DNA of 64,000 nt from Tubiluchus corallicola (GCA_030141605.1 JAQGDQ010000761.1:36542-100541); one strand, 5' to 3'. Positions 24,399-37,160 are shown, counted from the first letter of the stretch. Notes: a model not told the origin generated them from the sequence alone. Numbers and translations are program-made.

Positions 24399-25038
24399 CA
24401 GGGTGTCTCATTAGTTTATTACTGTACTATACAGGGTGTCTCATAAGTCTCTATAAAATGTTTTTTGCACACAAAGCAAAATGTTTGAAAATAGGCACAA
24501 ATGTAATTCCTTGGACAATTTCTTTAGTAAAATTAGTTGAAATGTGAAAAAAATTACTGTGCTAGCCACTAGTAGGCATACCTTCGTGAACCTCAAGAGC
24601 CTCAGAGACCAATCCAATTGTAAGTCAGGTATCTTGCATTGAGAGCCTCTCGCAGCTCATGAGTGGTGAGGAAGGGTGACATCTTGTTGAAAGACTACAT
24701 TGATATAATAGCAAGAGAATAGTGTGGATCATGTGCTGCTCTGAATTTCTGCCAAACTTCACTTGCTAATTGGAGATCATCGGGATAAACTGGTTTTGCA
24801 CATTATTTTTAATGTTGCCATCGTCACCATGGCAACAGGGTTTCAAGGGAAAAACAAATGAAGAATTTCCAAAGGCTATTTATATTCATCTAAGAGCTTG
24901 CTGAGATTAGAGAAAAATTTAAAAACAAGATTGAAGTGCCCAGTGACTTTTGAGACACCCTGTACAACCTATTGTAATACTGACTTTTGAGACATCCTGT
25001 ACAACCTATTGTAATACTGACTTTTGAGATACCCTGTA
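24399..25038 (-). mobile_element. Degenerate Tc1/mariner element with transposase remnant and duplicated TIRs
   Basis: ta|cagggtgtctca (two copies at left) and tgagacaccctg|ta (three copies at right). The minus strand carries a frameshifted FQQD..PH..LREALNARY..NWIG motif typical of DDD transposases. Confidence 0.75.
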
Positions 25039-26375
25039 CAATTATTAGGTTTATAATAAAAAAATTACTTTTGAACATCCGTGCTTCTTCAAAGTGAAAT
25101 CCAGTACTCAGCGATAAAAACGTACTCAATGACGGTAAGTGTGGCAGGAACAGAACCTGTGTGAATTATAGAAGGATAATCCACTAAGAGGAGTTACCGA
25201 ACCAGCAGAGGTGTCTTAACCAAGTTCAGGTGTGTGGAAATTGTTCCTGAACGAGGTAGACGGTTGAGGACAGTTTGGCAGATGAAGCTGCATGCTCAAA
25301 AGCAGTTTTCCCGGTAATCACCCTCCCAGTTACACAGGAGCTCAGCAACGCAGACATATAAGAGTTTGAGGACAGTTTTATGGTAATTACTTGTTTAAAA
25401 AAAAGAAATATATCAACATAAAAAAGTTAAAATCTGTTTTATTTTTTTTATTTATTATTTTACATTAGTTTTATGGTTATTGTATTCCATCAAAGTGCAC
25501 AAACCTTCTACATATCACAGTTTTTTAATTCTAAAATTCTTATTTTTAATTGTTGTATTTTTACCCTGCTTGTAACAAATTTAATTTTTTATTATCATAT
25601 AGTTGTATTATTTACGAACTAACAGTAACTTGAAATTTAAGAGTTTTGTAAATTTTGATGAATAAACCTGCAATAATATGGCAATAACAATCTAGAGCTT
25701 TTATTGATTTTTCTATTCAGACATTTAAATTACAGGATATAAAAAAACATTCGTGAAGTACAAAACTATTTATTACATATCTGTGCATATCAAAATAGTA
25801 TCACAGTTTTTTAAATGGCAAAGCACTTAAAGTGTGTGTGTGTGTGTGCGTGTGTGTGGCACTGTGTGCTTGCATAGCAAAATCATCCATAAGTCGGCTA
25901 TTAAGCTTTTCTAGTTATTCACATATCCTGAATTTCCATTTCATTTTCATCTGATTTGTTATGCTACAACTTTAGTACTGAAGAGGACGAAATTCAAGCT
26001 GTCAATAAGTTCATTCTGTTAGTCGAGCTTGCTGAAGTTGATTCTGTTTGCGTGGAAACGAGAAATTACAGGTTTTCTACTATAAGGCCTCCTTAGTGGG
26101 AGAGCAAAATGAACTAGGGTGCGTACAAAGGATGCTGTAAATTGGTAAACCAAGACTAGCTTAACTCGTGTCGGTGTTCTGCCCGCGGTGAAACGACCAA
26201 AGGCGGTGCGTTCGCCATACAAATAGTTTCAACATAACATGGCAGCTCCCGTTGGGTTGTTAACTGAAAATGTGATTTCTCCTTGTTAATTAAAAATAAC
26301 GTCGCCATTGAAGTGTTTATATTTGTATCATCGTATGTTTATGTCGAAACTTTAGCTTCTGATCTTGGTTACGGA

Positions 26376-26462
26376 ATGCCTAATTCTGAGCGATCGTCTA
26401 ACGCCATGCCTGGTGCAAGTGAACATGACAATTTAGATGATTTTCCAAAGGACTCATGGATG
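26376..26462 (+). CDS. C22orf39: C22orf39/UPF0545 homolog, probable first coding exon (start uncertain)
   Basis: MPNSERSSNAMPGASEHDNLDDFPKDSWM|gtaatt, phase 0, joins in frame to the exon at 29130. Other ATGs nearby (about 26239 and 26406) are possible. Confidence 0.65.
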
Positions 26463-26949
26463 GTAATTTCTGTAGGACTTACTACAGTTCTGTAGAACTG
26501 AATGTAGGTGTTGTGGCAGCCTGACAGGACTGATTTTGTCTCATTAGCCAGGCTAATTATAATCGTCTAAGATCTGTAAAATGAGACATTCGGCACGCAA
26601 AGTATTTGGTGTCTAATGATGTCCATTGGCCATGCTTTTGATGTGAATGTAAGGTAAAAAAGTCAAAAGAAAAGGCATAGGAAAAACTGAAATAACCCTA
26701 ACCCAACCAAAGCCAAAATTAATTGTGACTTTTTCCTAACCGAAATTGTGACTATTGCCAATCATTGTGAATATTACCTCCCTTGACTAGGTAATACTAA
26801 TAGTAGTAGTAGTAGTAAATCTCCAGTAGTTATAATATAACTTTTGAGACAAATAGTTCTTCGACTGTAATTGCGACAAATTGCACATTCAATAGATTGT
26901 CATCAACACCTAGGTGGCTCCACTGGCAGGTTTTCTCACTATAATATAT

Positions 26950-27385
26950 AATCCAGCATCCTTGTTACAGGCATGTTCCAATTAGCACGGTGATTAAATT
27001 TCAATGGATGATGTTCATAGTGCCTATCTAATTTTGATTTAAATAAATTTACAGATGTTGCTGTTCTCACATCACAGGGCAATCTATTCCAGATTTCTGG
27101 CATCGTACAAGAAAAATAGTCGTATTTACCAGTTTTGTGTGCAGTTCTTGATTTATGAAGAATAGGACCTGATCATGCTGTGCGATGTACTTCTAATTTA
27201 ACAGGACAATCATCATCACAGATATAAACTCCAGATACATATTTGTATACATCAATTAGCTGGCCACGTAAACGTCTAAAAGCTAATGTAGTTAAACCTA
27301 TTCGTTTTAACTGACTTTCATACGTCAAGTTCATTAGTTCCGGTAACATATTGAAAGCTCTCATTTGGACAGTTTCGACTGGGTC
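26950..27385 (-). mobile_element. CR1/L2-group LINE 3' fragment
   Basis: VQMRAFNMLPELMNLTYESQLKRIGLTTLAFRRLRGQLIDVYKYVSG, followed by a WN.LP..FK-type tail. Confidence 0.8.
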
Positions 27386-27695
27386 CACTATATATGCCCT
27401 AGGACTATTCCAAAATAATAGGCAGAATAAGTGTGATATAATAAATAAATGAAACAACTCAGAGTGAAAGCTGGATCTGGTGGATACCTTTCAGTTTATT
27501 TGCCAGCCTCGTCGTTAAAACTCACCTGATTAAAGATAGCCTTGGTGTAAGAGTACTATGGTTTCAATTGTGCCAACACTCCCCTCTGTCACTTTGGTTA
27601 CATCCTACTTGTGCCATAGGCATTACCACTTAACTGTTAACCTCTCCCAATCTGGACTTCCCTTTTGTAAGCTAGCTGTAACATTACCACCTGAA

Positions 27696-28241
27696 AGGAC
27701 AAAAAAGGGGTACCTGATGTAGGTTTCAGAAAAATCTCCTCAAAAAATTATATTACTTTATAGCAATTTTGTGCACAATTATGTCCCAAAAAACTTTCCA
27801 TGCAAATCTGAATTACTTAGCTTTTCGGTTACCTACTAGAAAGACTTAAGTAACTAGAAAAGAAAATTTTTAATTATTTAAAATGTTTTCACCAATTGGT
27901 AGACTGTTGCTGACTCACCCTCCAGGGTGCGCCACTCACTAGCCAAAAACGTATTTTTAATCTTATTGGCAAGATACAGTAATTAAAAATTTTACTTACT
28001 TGGTGACGAATGCTTTGATTATTTTTTCAAACTTTACTCAATGTTATCTAAACTTGTTTCAAATGACCTGTTGTCACAATGGCTGTTACTAACCGTCATC
28101 GCGGGAGTTTAAATTTACATGTTTTATACAGCATGACTGCCGATTGCAAAAAGTCCTGCATGCAAAAAGGCAGTATGTAAGTGATATAAAATTTCAAGAC
28201 GAATTTGTTAAGCTTTATGTTTATGGAGGGTTTTTTGTGCT
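27696..28241 (+). mobile_element. Kolobok-like MITE family A copy
   Basis: Collinear with 1850-2931. Confidence 0.78.
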
Positions 28242-29129
28242 ATGAAAGTGTGTTGCTATGAAACTGTTTTCAATAAAATAGTTTATTTTGCTTAAATCTG
28301 TGCAGCTTGATGTTTTCTGTCAGTGATCTGATATTGGTTAGCTGCAGTCCCGATAAGCACATGACACCACGGCTGTTGTTGTTTTATGCAGAGCTCGGCA
28401 AAACACGAATCTTTTAATTTTAAATCATTCAGTTTTACTTATTGTGTAACACATTTAATACGGGAGAGATCGCATGGTAGTCGCGAGGGCGGGACAACAC
28501 GCGCAAATGTGTGTAACACATGTGCTTTCCTTTCTATTAAAACTGCTTGTGATTACGTAACATATTTTACACACTGGGCTGCCGTCCGCTCATAGCAGAG
28601 GCAGGACGGATGACACCGCAGCCCACACCGTGCGGCATGTCTTAATTATGTCATTCAACGCCTCACCTATAAAGATTGAATAATAGAGTCAGTAGAAATG
28701 ACAATTTATTATTGAGTTTTAAACTTTAAATAAGGAACGACCAGCTTACCTACAGGAACAGAGTGTGTGAGAAAAGCCTGTGAAATGTGAACAGAGCTGC
28801 GCATGCTACGAAAGACACGACCACTGACAAGGGTCTACAACAGACCTTCCCTTCTTATAAGCTCAGGTGTGCACGTGACTAGTGGCTTTTACCAACACAA
28901 GGTCAGAATACGAGTCTATGTGCTAGATAAAGCCACGTTCACATGCACACCTGAGAAGTCTACTGTATTCCCCTGCCAGCATTACATTTCATTTCATCAC
29001 AGCCCGGTAGTACAATATGAACAGGTTTTTATGCATAGTGAGATGACTCGTATGCTATTATTGTAAGGATTGTTTATGTGGTCATCTGCTGTTCATTTAC
29101 GTATGCAACGTTTTGTTTTGTTCATCTAG

Positions 29130-29175
29130 GTGAGTCCTTGTGAAGTGTATTGGGAAGAATATAGAGAATGTACAA
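29130..29175 (+). CDS. C22orf39: C22orf39/UPF0545 homolog exon 2
   Basis: catctag|VSPCEVYWEEYRECT|gtaagt; compare the family motif RPCEAYRAEWKLC. Confidence 0.85.
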
Positions 29176-29210
29176 GTAAGTGGCTGCATTATTATCTGGT
29201 GTATTATTCG

Positions 29211-29585
29211 TAGGGTTACCATACGTCTGGGTTTCCCCCTTACACGTCCTCTTTTTGGGCCTCTGTCCGGGCGTCCGGGTTTTCAACAAATCGGCAGTTT
29301 GTCCGAGTTTTCCCTCAATCTGTAAGTATGTACGGACGTTGCCAACTGCAGAAGCGTACGACAGTACGAGACAAAGAAAAGTTCATTAATTTTCACGGCG
29401 TATTCACTAACGACTTAAAATGGTGTCAGCTTCCGGGAGCCATGTTGTTTGTGCAACTGGTAAAAGTTAATTAGAAAGTAGCAATGCCGAAACGACAGAT
29501 GAATGCATTTACAGATGAAGAAAGTTAGAAATGAAGGTCAACTACCCGTGTCCTCTTTTTCAACTCGGACAATATAGTAACCCTA
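29211..29585. mobile_element. hAT-like MITE
   Basis: TIR tagggttaccata/tatagtaacccta; 8-bp TSD attattcg/attattca. Confidence 0.8.
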
Positions 29586-29668
29586 ATTATTCATTGTTTT
29601 TCGTTGTTATATGCTGTACATTTGGTTTATCTCATCAGAATCTCGAAATTGTTCAGGGGTTGTTTTAG

Positions 29669-30565
29669 AGGACAAGAAAAGGGGCACCTGAAATAGGTTT
29701 CAGAAGAATCGCCTTAAAAAATTCTATTACTTTATAGCAATTTTATGCGCATATCTTACTCGCACTGAAATGAATTTTAGTTGGTAATCATTTTAAGTTT
29801 CCTGCAATACTGTTCCGAAGTCGCCATTACATGATGTCGTGCACTAAACATAAATCAAGGGAAGAGAAAGGAATGTTAAATTATGTCTCAAAAGACTTTC
29901 CTGCTAGAAAGACTTATGTAACTAGAAAAGAAAATTATTAATTATTAAAATTTTTTTCACCAATTTGTAAAATGTCGCTGACTCACCCTCCAAGGTGCAC
30001 CACTCACTAACCAAAAATGTATTTTTAGTTTTATTGGGGGCCTGGGGGGGAGTAAACCCCTACCGGGCGCATCCCCCGGGTGGCGGATGGGGGACCCCTG
30101 GCTCACGAGCCAGGGTGCTCCGAATATTCAAATGAGGAGCTGTGGACCAAATCCTTCAGGATAGACCTAGCAAGTCACAGAAGTACTTTTTGCTCAAGTA
30201 ACTGATGGCGAACACAACTGTGTTCGCCGGCTGACAGATGAAAATCTACCAGGAGGATGGTGAGAAAGTGAGAAAGTTTTATTGGCAAGATACTGTAATT
30301 TAAAATTTTACTTAGTTAGCAACGTGTGTGCTACGAATGCTCTGATTATTTTTTCAAACTTTGCTCAATGTTATCAAAACTTGTTTCAAATGACCTACCA
30401 TTGAAATGGCTGCGTCTAACGGTCATCGCGGGAGTTTAAATTTACATGTTTTATACAGCATGACTGCCGATTGAAGTCCTGCATGCAAAAAGGCAGTATG
30501 TAAGCGATATAAAATTTCAAAACGAATTTTTCAAGCTTTATGTTTATGAAGGGTTTTCTTGAGCT
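29669..30565 (+). mobile_element. Kolobok-like MITE family A copy carrying a retroposon insertion
   Basis: aggacaagaaaa...ttttcttgagct|ttaa, interrupted at 30038-30274. Confidence 0.8.
30038..30274 (+). mobile_element. 237-bp non-autonomous retroposon, probably RTE-derived
   Basis: 11-bp TSD agttttattgg (30027-30037 and 30275-30285); GC-rich structured head gcgcatcccccgggtggcggatggggga resembling RTE 5' regions; tail of (gtgagaaa)2. Confidence 0.7.
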
Positions 30566-31080
30566 TTAAGGCACAGACCAGATGGAGCTCGTAGTTAAAA
30601 TTAGTGGGGTGCTACCTCAGAAAATTCTTCGCTATTATTTGTAATTTTAATGTTGTAATTTGTAATTGTAATTTTAAACAAACAAACATACGAAAATTTA
30701 TGCATAAACTTGATAAAATCGTAAACAAAAAAATTTTTGCATACGAATAGCTTAAGTTGTCGTACAACTGAACGAATAGCAGTTCAAAAATACCGGAACA
30801 CGGTTTTTTAAGCACGCGACAACTGACAACAACCTGTGTGAATGACAGTACTTTCTCTACCTAGCAGCAGACGCTAGCAGTGCAGCATGCAGAGTGTTAT
30901 CTCAGACACGTGCACATGGCTTCATGCGCACAACAGCTAAAACGCACCACTGTGCTGGGCTGTAAAGCAAACGCTACTACCCTCACGTGCTCTGGTTCCG
31001 TACAAGTATAAAGAAACAACTAAAGAAAAAAGATCTATTATATTTGTATCTGCATGTCTGGCTGATGTAACTCTTGTTAA

Positions 31081-31497
31081 AGGAAAGCACAAGTCACTCA
31101 GTATGTTGGGTTTATTTTACTGTTATCATTTAAACTGTTTGTGGTGTGCTAGAGGAAAGAACAAGTCACTCACTATGTTGGGTTCATTTCACTGTTATCA
31201 CTTAAACTCTTTGTGCTGTGCTAGAGGGAAGAACAAGTCACTCAGTATGTTGGGTTCATTTTACTGTTATCACTTAAACTTTTTATGGTGTGCTAGAGGA
31301 AAGAACAAGTCACTCAGTATGTTGGGTTTATTTTACTGTTATCACTTAAACTGTTTGTGGCTTGCTAGAGGAAATAACAAGTCACTCAGTATGTTGGGTT
31401 TATTTTACTGTTATCACTTAAACTGTTTGTGGTGTGCTAAAGGAAAGAACAAGTCACTCAGTACGATGGGTTCATTTTACTGTTGTCACTTAAACTT
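31081..31497. repeat. 72-bp minisatellite, ~5.8 copies
   Basis: Unit aggaaagaacaagtcactcagtatgttggg..gtgctag; source of the spurious 24-aa-repeat ORF 31103-31525. Confidence 0.93.
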
Positions 31498-31912
31498 AGA
31501 AAAGATAACAAAGAACTGCCTGTAAAGCATGAATTTAAAATATACTACCCCTGAGTAGAAATTTTCAGACGTCGTGGTTGTCGCCATTCACTTGAAAATC
31601 ATGATGCAACTGGGAGACTTCGTGATTTTTTATAAGCGCGTCGTGGCTTTCCGTAATCCCACACTGCTTAAACAAATTCTGCAGTTTACCTAATATTCAC
31701 GCAAAAATATTACAAAATTAGCTTCTAATTTTTTTTGTAAAAGCAAACTTTTGATGAAGATTGTCAGTGTGCCACTTTTCTTGAAAGACGAATGACATCA
31801 TTGGTAGAATGAAGGGTGTTCAAAATGGGAGCGCTGAAGCACGAAGTGATAGCGACTTTAAAGTAATTTTACTAATTACTCGAGGTGCTTATTGCAGTTT
31901 TATTATTAAACC

Positions 31913-32467
31913 ACTACGGCCAAATCACGTTGAAAACACCAGTTCTCGGCTGATCACCGAAGGTAAGCGACGTAGAGCCTGGTTAGTATTTGTATCAGTG
32001 ACTGCCTAGGAATACCAGGTGCTGTAGGCTTTCGGGATGCCCACACTGTATCTCGACACTAGGTGGAGGAGCTGTACAAGCACCCAACGGCTTGAGGGCG
32101 GAGGAGGTCAAGTGACCCAACTGCCATGTGTAGAGGAGTAAACCTTCCAAATCAGGAGTGGAGCCCCGAAGGTGGACCAGTGCAGCATGCTCACTGACTC
32201 CGGCAGCTTCTGCAGCCAACCTGGTGCCAAACGTATCGCTCTGCTTTCCTTTGGACTACACCAGCGAGGAAGAGAGGGGGTTGTCTGGGTAACCCAGGAT
32301 CTCCATACACCTTGCCCAGGCGTGCGCCCTGGAGAAGCCACTCCAGTGGTTCTAGGATCGCACTGCTCAGCCACAGTCGACGCTGCAGCTCCATCAATGT
32401 GATCAATAACTGACTCTCTTGGTGCACACTCCGTTGTCTTCCGAGACAGAAGGATGCCAATCAACTG
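31913..32467 (+). mobile_element. 5S rRNA-derived SINE (SINE3) with RTE-like body and tail
   Basis: 31913-32031 is a near full-length degenerate 5S rRNA (ctacggcc..cacgttgaaaacacc.gttctcg..gatcaccgaag.taagc..ggttagta..ggaatacc.ggtgctgtaggctt) with no T4 terminator. It is followed by a ~435-bp GC-rich body ending gagacagaaggatgccaa; 10-bp TSD ttattaaacc. Confidence 0.82.
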
Positions 32468-32506
32468 TTATTAAACCTCTCAAACATTTTTCATGAACAT
32501 TGAAAT

Positions 32507-33434
32507 TAGTGTTGCTGTGAATACACTTTTTGCCGGATAGTGAATAACGGATATCATCAAAAGTTTCCTCAAACTGACTTCCGGATTCGGATTATAACTG
32601 GTTAGATTAGCTAAATTCGTATCGAATATGCGGATCAGTTCGGATAATGAAAAATTAGTAAATGTTTACAAACCATAGCGTTTTCATTTTGTCTTCATCT
32701 TAATATCGGATACGAGTATCTGTAAAACTTCGCAAATATCACCATTTTGCATCACGTCTCCACTGAACTCCTTTCTATTTCATTTCTCTTCTCATTTTCT
32801 CTATCTTTGTCTATTATTTTATCTTAACTATCTATCTAGTTTTTATCATTCCATTCTGTAGCAATAATGTTTTCTTTATCACACGATTCACTTTAAATTT
32901 TCAGATTATTTTCATTACTTTTTTTTATCTTTCACTGTGTGGGACAACCTAACAAGCCCTGCTTTTTGATTGCCCGCAACACATTTACATTTGCATATGT
33001 AGCAAACCTAAACTATGGTATATCTAAACTAGTTATGTGCTCAAAGTAAACTGTATACGAATTTACTAAGCAACATACAACAGCGATAATTCTCTTGTTT
33101 ATCTTTCAACCCCACTGTGTTTTGAGAGTCAAGTTAATATATTTGTAATGATGCTGTACATAATGTTGTTTAGACACCAGTATTAAAGGAAGTAGCGATA
33201 TCACTACGTTTGTTTATCATAGGTTGACTTACGTCTAAAGACAGTTTGAATCATTTTTTCCAAAATTTACTTCCTATTATGTATCTTACTGTTTGTTATT
33301 CATTGAATTATTGATAACTTTTTGTTTCTTTTAATTTTTTAATTGTCTATTTGTGTTGATGTGAAATAAATAAACAAGTAAACAAATAAATAAACAAATT
33401 TTTGGATATAAATCGGATATCCGGAGCAACACTA
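32507..33434. mobile_element. hAT-like MITE containing a further insertion
   Basis: TIR tagtgttgct/agcaacacta, perfect 8-bp TSD attgaaat, cggata subterminal repeats. Confidence 0.8.
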
Positions 33435-33610
33435 ATTGAAATACGCCTAACCTCTTAGAAGGCTTGTCCTTTCCTTTAATGATCTGCGTAGATAATGGTG
33501 ACATTTAAGACACTCATTCGTAGCTGAAATTTGTTTTCTAAGAAGTAATTTTTGTCTGCAACATTTTTTCTGCTCTAGTTTTATTTAGAAGTTTCTCTAT
33601 AATGTTGCAG

Positions 33611-33729
33611 GACTACGGGGAAGATTTCATCAGTATTTTATACATGGAGAAACCAAAGTTTGCACTCCACTGTGGAATGATTACAGAAACTGCATCAAGT
33701 GGCGAAAGAGTAACGACAAGGCTGCCCTG
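33611..33729 (+). CDS. C22orf39: C22orf39/UPF0545 homolog exon 3
   Basis: ttgcag|RLRGRFHQYFIHGETKVCTPLWNDYRNCIKWRKSNDKAAL|gtaaga; compare FLHHYYVHGERPACEQWQRDLASCRDW. Confidence 0.88.
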
Positions 33730-35667
33730 GTAAGATTTACCATAATAATGCCTTTACACAGGTTCATTGTGCGCACGTGCAGTTTTTGTAGGTCAAAGGT
33801 TAAATGTACCACGGCAATGCGTCTTAACTACGACTGTGACATGCGGTCAGCTGCATCAGTTCAGTATCTTCAGTTTTTTGTAGGTCAAAGGTTAAATGTA
33901 CCCCGGCAATGCGTCTTAACTATGACTGTGACATGCGGTCACAAAGGTTAAATGTACCCCGGCAATGCGTCTTAACTATGACTGTGACATGCGGTCAGCT
34001 GCATCAGTTCAGTATCTTCAGTTTGTTGCAGGTCAAAGGTTAAATGTACCACCGCAATGCGTCTTAACGACGACTGTGACATGCGGTCAGCTGCATCAGT
34101 TCAGTAACTTCAGTTGTTTTACGTGGACTTTACTTAATTATGCATTAGTCTGTGCGCAGAGTGATTTACTAGCAGGATCTTGCTTAGGAACAAGAAAAAA
34201 TAAACTAGGTAAGATTCTAGCTAGCTGTTAAAACGGTTACTATTACGGCAGCATGGACTGCGAGGCGTTGTCAAGTGTACACAAATGTGTTGTCCGGTAC
34301 ATTTAACCTTTGACCTTTTCAGGATCATCGTCAATCGCTGGAACTGCGAAAAGATTTATTCTGGCGTGTCTGATAATTTTTTACAAATCTGTAAATTCTG
34401 TTGATGGTATTAATTTTTTACTATGTTTATTTTCTTGCCATTATTGATTCTATGAAGGCCAGTTGTTGCTTTTTGTTGTTTTTTATTTCAAAAAATTCAC
34501 TTAAATGTATATAACTTGTGTGAGTTGGCAGTGTGCAAATAATAATAATAATAATAATAATATAACTTGTTCTCATGTACACTGTCATATGTTTTAGTCT
34601 TATTTAAGGAAAATAGGATGATTTTTGATATCCTCCCCCATTTTGAAGTACAGTAAGAAGCGTTTCTGGTAATTAAATAATAAGTTAAAAACGTAGCTGG
34701 GTACCCGACTAGCAATGATGCCATAGTAGGGTGTTGCACATGTTTGCAAAAGTGAAAATTGCTGTACAACATTCAGTGTGTTGCACGAATTCCTACTGTA
34801 TTCGCGCACAAGGTCTCGTACGTTTGTGCTACATCACAACTGTACGACATCTGAAATGCGAGGTACAGCACCTGTTTTTTATGTTTCGCATTTCCAAGAT
34901 GCGGGAGTTAGTACTGAACTAACTAGCGCATGGCGAACTGCATGTAACAGCTAAGAACTAGCCACGCGATCACGAAATTAGTTTTCTGTAATAATAATTT
35001 CTTCACTAGTATTTTCTAGGTTAGATTGTTTTGAGCTGTAGTTTAAGGTTCGGTCTGATTTTCTTTCAAGCAAGCACATGTATTAGCCATATAATTGTTG
35101 ATAAATTTAAAACATCTCTGTCATTAATTTAGTACCTCTTTAACACTTGTTCTGTCAGTAAAAAATTTCTGTATTTATTGTTGTTAACATGTAATTGTCC
35201 ATAAAATCAGTGTATTTCACCAAATGTATTTTGCAAGTTCATAAACAGGGTAAATAATCGTACATTAATATTTACTAACCGTCATTTTTTACTAATGTCT
35301 AATGTATCACTGTAGTAAAACTTTAGTATACTAAAGTATATTAGAAACTAAGTATAGTCAATTCTTACTGTAAATGTTCTTGTAAATAGTGTATAAAGTC
35401 TGTTGTGGTGAGGATCCTAAATCATGTTGTACAAACTGCCTGATCCAATCCTAAATAAATTATGTTTAAACTAACTAACAGGGCCGAATTGCTCTATAGT
35501 CTTGTATTGGCTGCAGCCTTGGACCCCTCAAGCTTGGTAAAAGATTTTCAAATATTTTTTTTAAAAAATAAGTGTAATATTTTTATATTTTGCATTGCTG
35601 AATAATTTATTTAACTTTAAACTAAATTGCAATTTTAAAAAAGGAGGCACAGGTGTGTGAAAAACCA

Positions 35668-36000
35668 TTGTGAAATAAAAGGCCCCTGTGTGAGCCATTT
35701 TATGTGAGATAAAGGGCCCTTGTGTGAGCCATTTTATGTGAGATAAAGGGCCCTTGTGTGAGCCATTTTATGTGAGATAAAGGGCCCTTGTGTGAGCCAT
35801 TTTATGTGAGATAAAGAACCCTTGTTTGAGGCATTTTATGTGAGATAAAGAGCCGTTGTTTGAGGCATTTTATGAGAGATAAAGAGCCCTTGTTTGAGGC
35901 ATTTTATGAGAGATAAAGTGCCGTTGTTTGAGGCATTTTATGAGAGATAAAGGGCCCTTGTTTGAGGCATTAGGACCCATATTTGAGGCATTTTATGTGA
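35668..36000. repeat. ~34-bp minisatellite, ~9 copies
   Basis: Unit gagccattttatgtgagataaagggcccttgtgt, with variants changing gradually along the array. Confidence 0.92.
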
Positions 36001-36136
36001 GTGAGATAGAGGGTGGCTCCGTCTGGTAGGTGTCGTATGATGTCATGAGCCTAGGGGCTCTAAATGGTCGTATCCCAGCCCGGCTCATAAATGATTGCTT
36101 AGTGTTAAATGTTTTTCACAGTTTTCCTCATTTCAG

Positions 36137-36370
36137 AACAAAGTCATTAAGAGTGAAACACAGAGGCTGCGAGAACGATTAAAAGCAACTTACGAGAACG
36201 ACGTGTGGGAGTACAGAGACGAACCACCCGCCGACTGGAACAAACCCCTGCCAGAATGGATGCAGAAGCAGAATGAAGGATCGTACCTCCAAGCCATGAA
36301 AGAATTAAAGAGTTGGTCTAAAAACGAAAGTGCTAGTAGTAAACTGTGGTCAAAATGTTCCATATCTTAG
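36137..36370 (+). CDS. C22orf39: C22orf39/UPF0545 homolog last exon
   Basis: tttcag|NKVIKSETQRLRERLKATYENDVWEYRDEPPADWNKPLPEW..KCSIS*; compare VWAPRQSPPPDWHLPLP. Confidence 0.88.
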   Translation, partial: NKVIKSETQRLRERLKATYENDVWEYRDEPPADWNKPLPEWMQKQNEGSYLQAMKELKSWSKNESASSKLWSKCSIS

Positions 36371-37160
36371 CCATTATTGTCTTTGAGGAATATATCTGTG
36401 TTTTTATAGAACTGAAACTTTTTAGTGCAGATTCTTGTTTGGGCTTTCAAAACCAAATTCGAAGCTCGATTAAATTTTGCTCTTTCTTTGCTGTTTATTT
36501 GTCAAAACATGTCCATCCATCTAAACATAAGAAATTAGTGACAAAAATAACAAAAAAATAACAATAGCCAAAAGTCAATTTTACATAATTAAGAGTTATA
36601 CACTGCACTGTCATACCTAGCTGTTATTTTAAACTAAATTTAAGCTTATTAAAGTAATTAGAGAATATACATACGTTATTAGTCCCAAATCATCAGCAAT
36701 TGTAAACAGATAATGACAATATCTCATAACTTATCATGACACGTCTTCACTTCACAGTAGGCCTCTGACCCAGATCAAATTGATCACGTGATTAGGCCAA
36801 AAATCACCACAAGGTGGCCAAAGCCGACAACAAGCGAAGGCCGCCAAGCACGCCAGTGCAAGATTTCCAGTACAATTCTCATGATGTGACGTTCAGTCGG
36901 CTTGATTGAGGACAAATGTATTGCAGAGAGTTTATCAGAATGTTATACAGCATATTTTTTAATGTTTAACCACTGATTTTGTTGAAAGTATCAACACACT
37001 TGATTGGTAATAAATGATTCATAGTAACTTCCTGTTGTGCCTTCTCTAACTGAGTGGTTCATTGAGTATCATTTGTATGTTATTCAAGGCTGATGTTATA
37101 TTGTCCAGACGTTTGTGTTGATTAATCTTTGCTATACAGCATGTTTTTTAATGTTTAAAC

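Noticed and set aside
25140-25385. Possible degraded coding fragment (AACSK..ITLPVTQ, vaguely HECT C-terminus-like)
   Set aside because: Short, interrupted by stops, and the similarity is too weak to call.
31103-31525. 140-aa Cys-rich repeat protein
   Set aside because: Translation of a 72-bp intronic minisatellite whose unit length is a multiple of 3; no supporting splice sites or homology.
31913-32031. Functional 5S rRNA gene
   Set aside because: Degenerate box C, many substitutions, no T4 terminator, and it is enclosed with downstream sequence by a TSD.
31995-32464. Overlapping 74-118 aa ORFs
   Set aside because: GC-rich non-coding SINE body with few stop codons.
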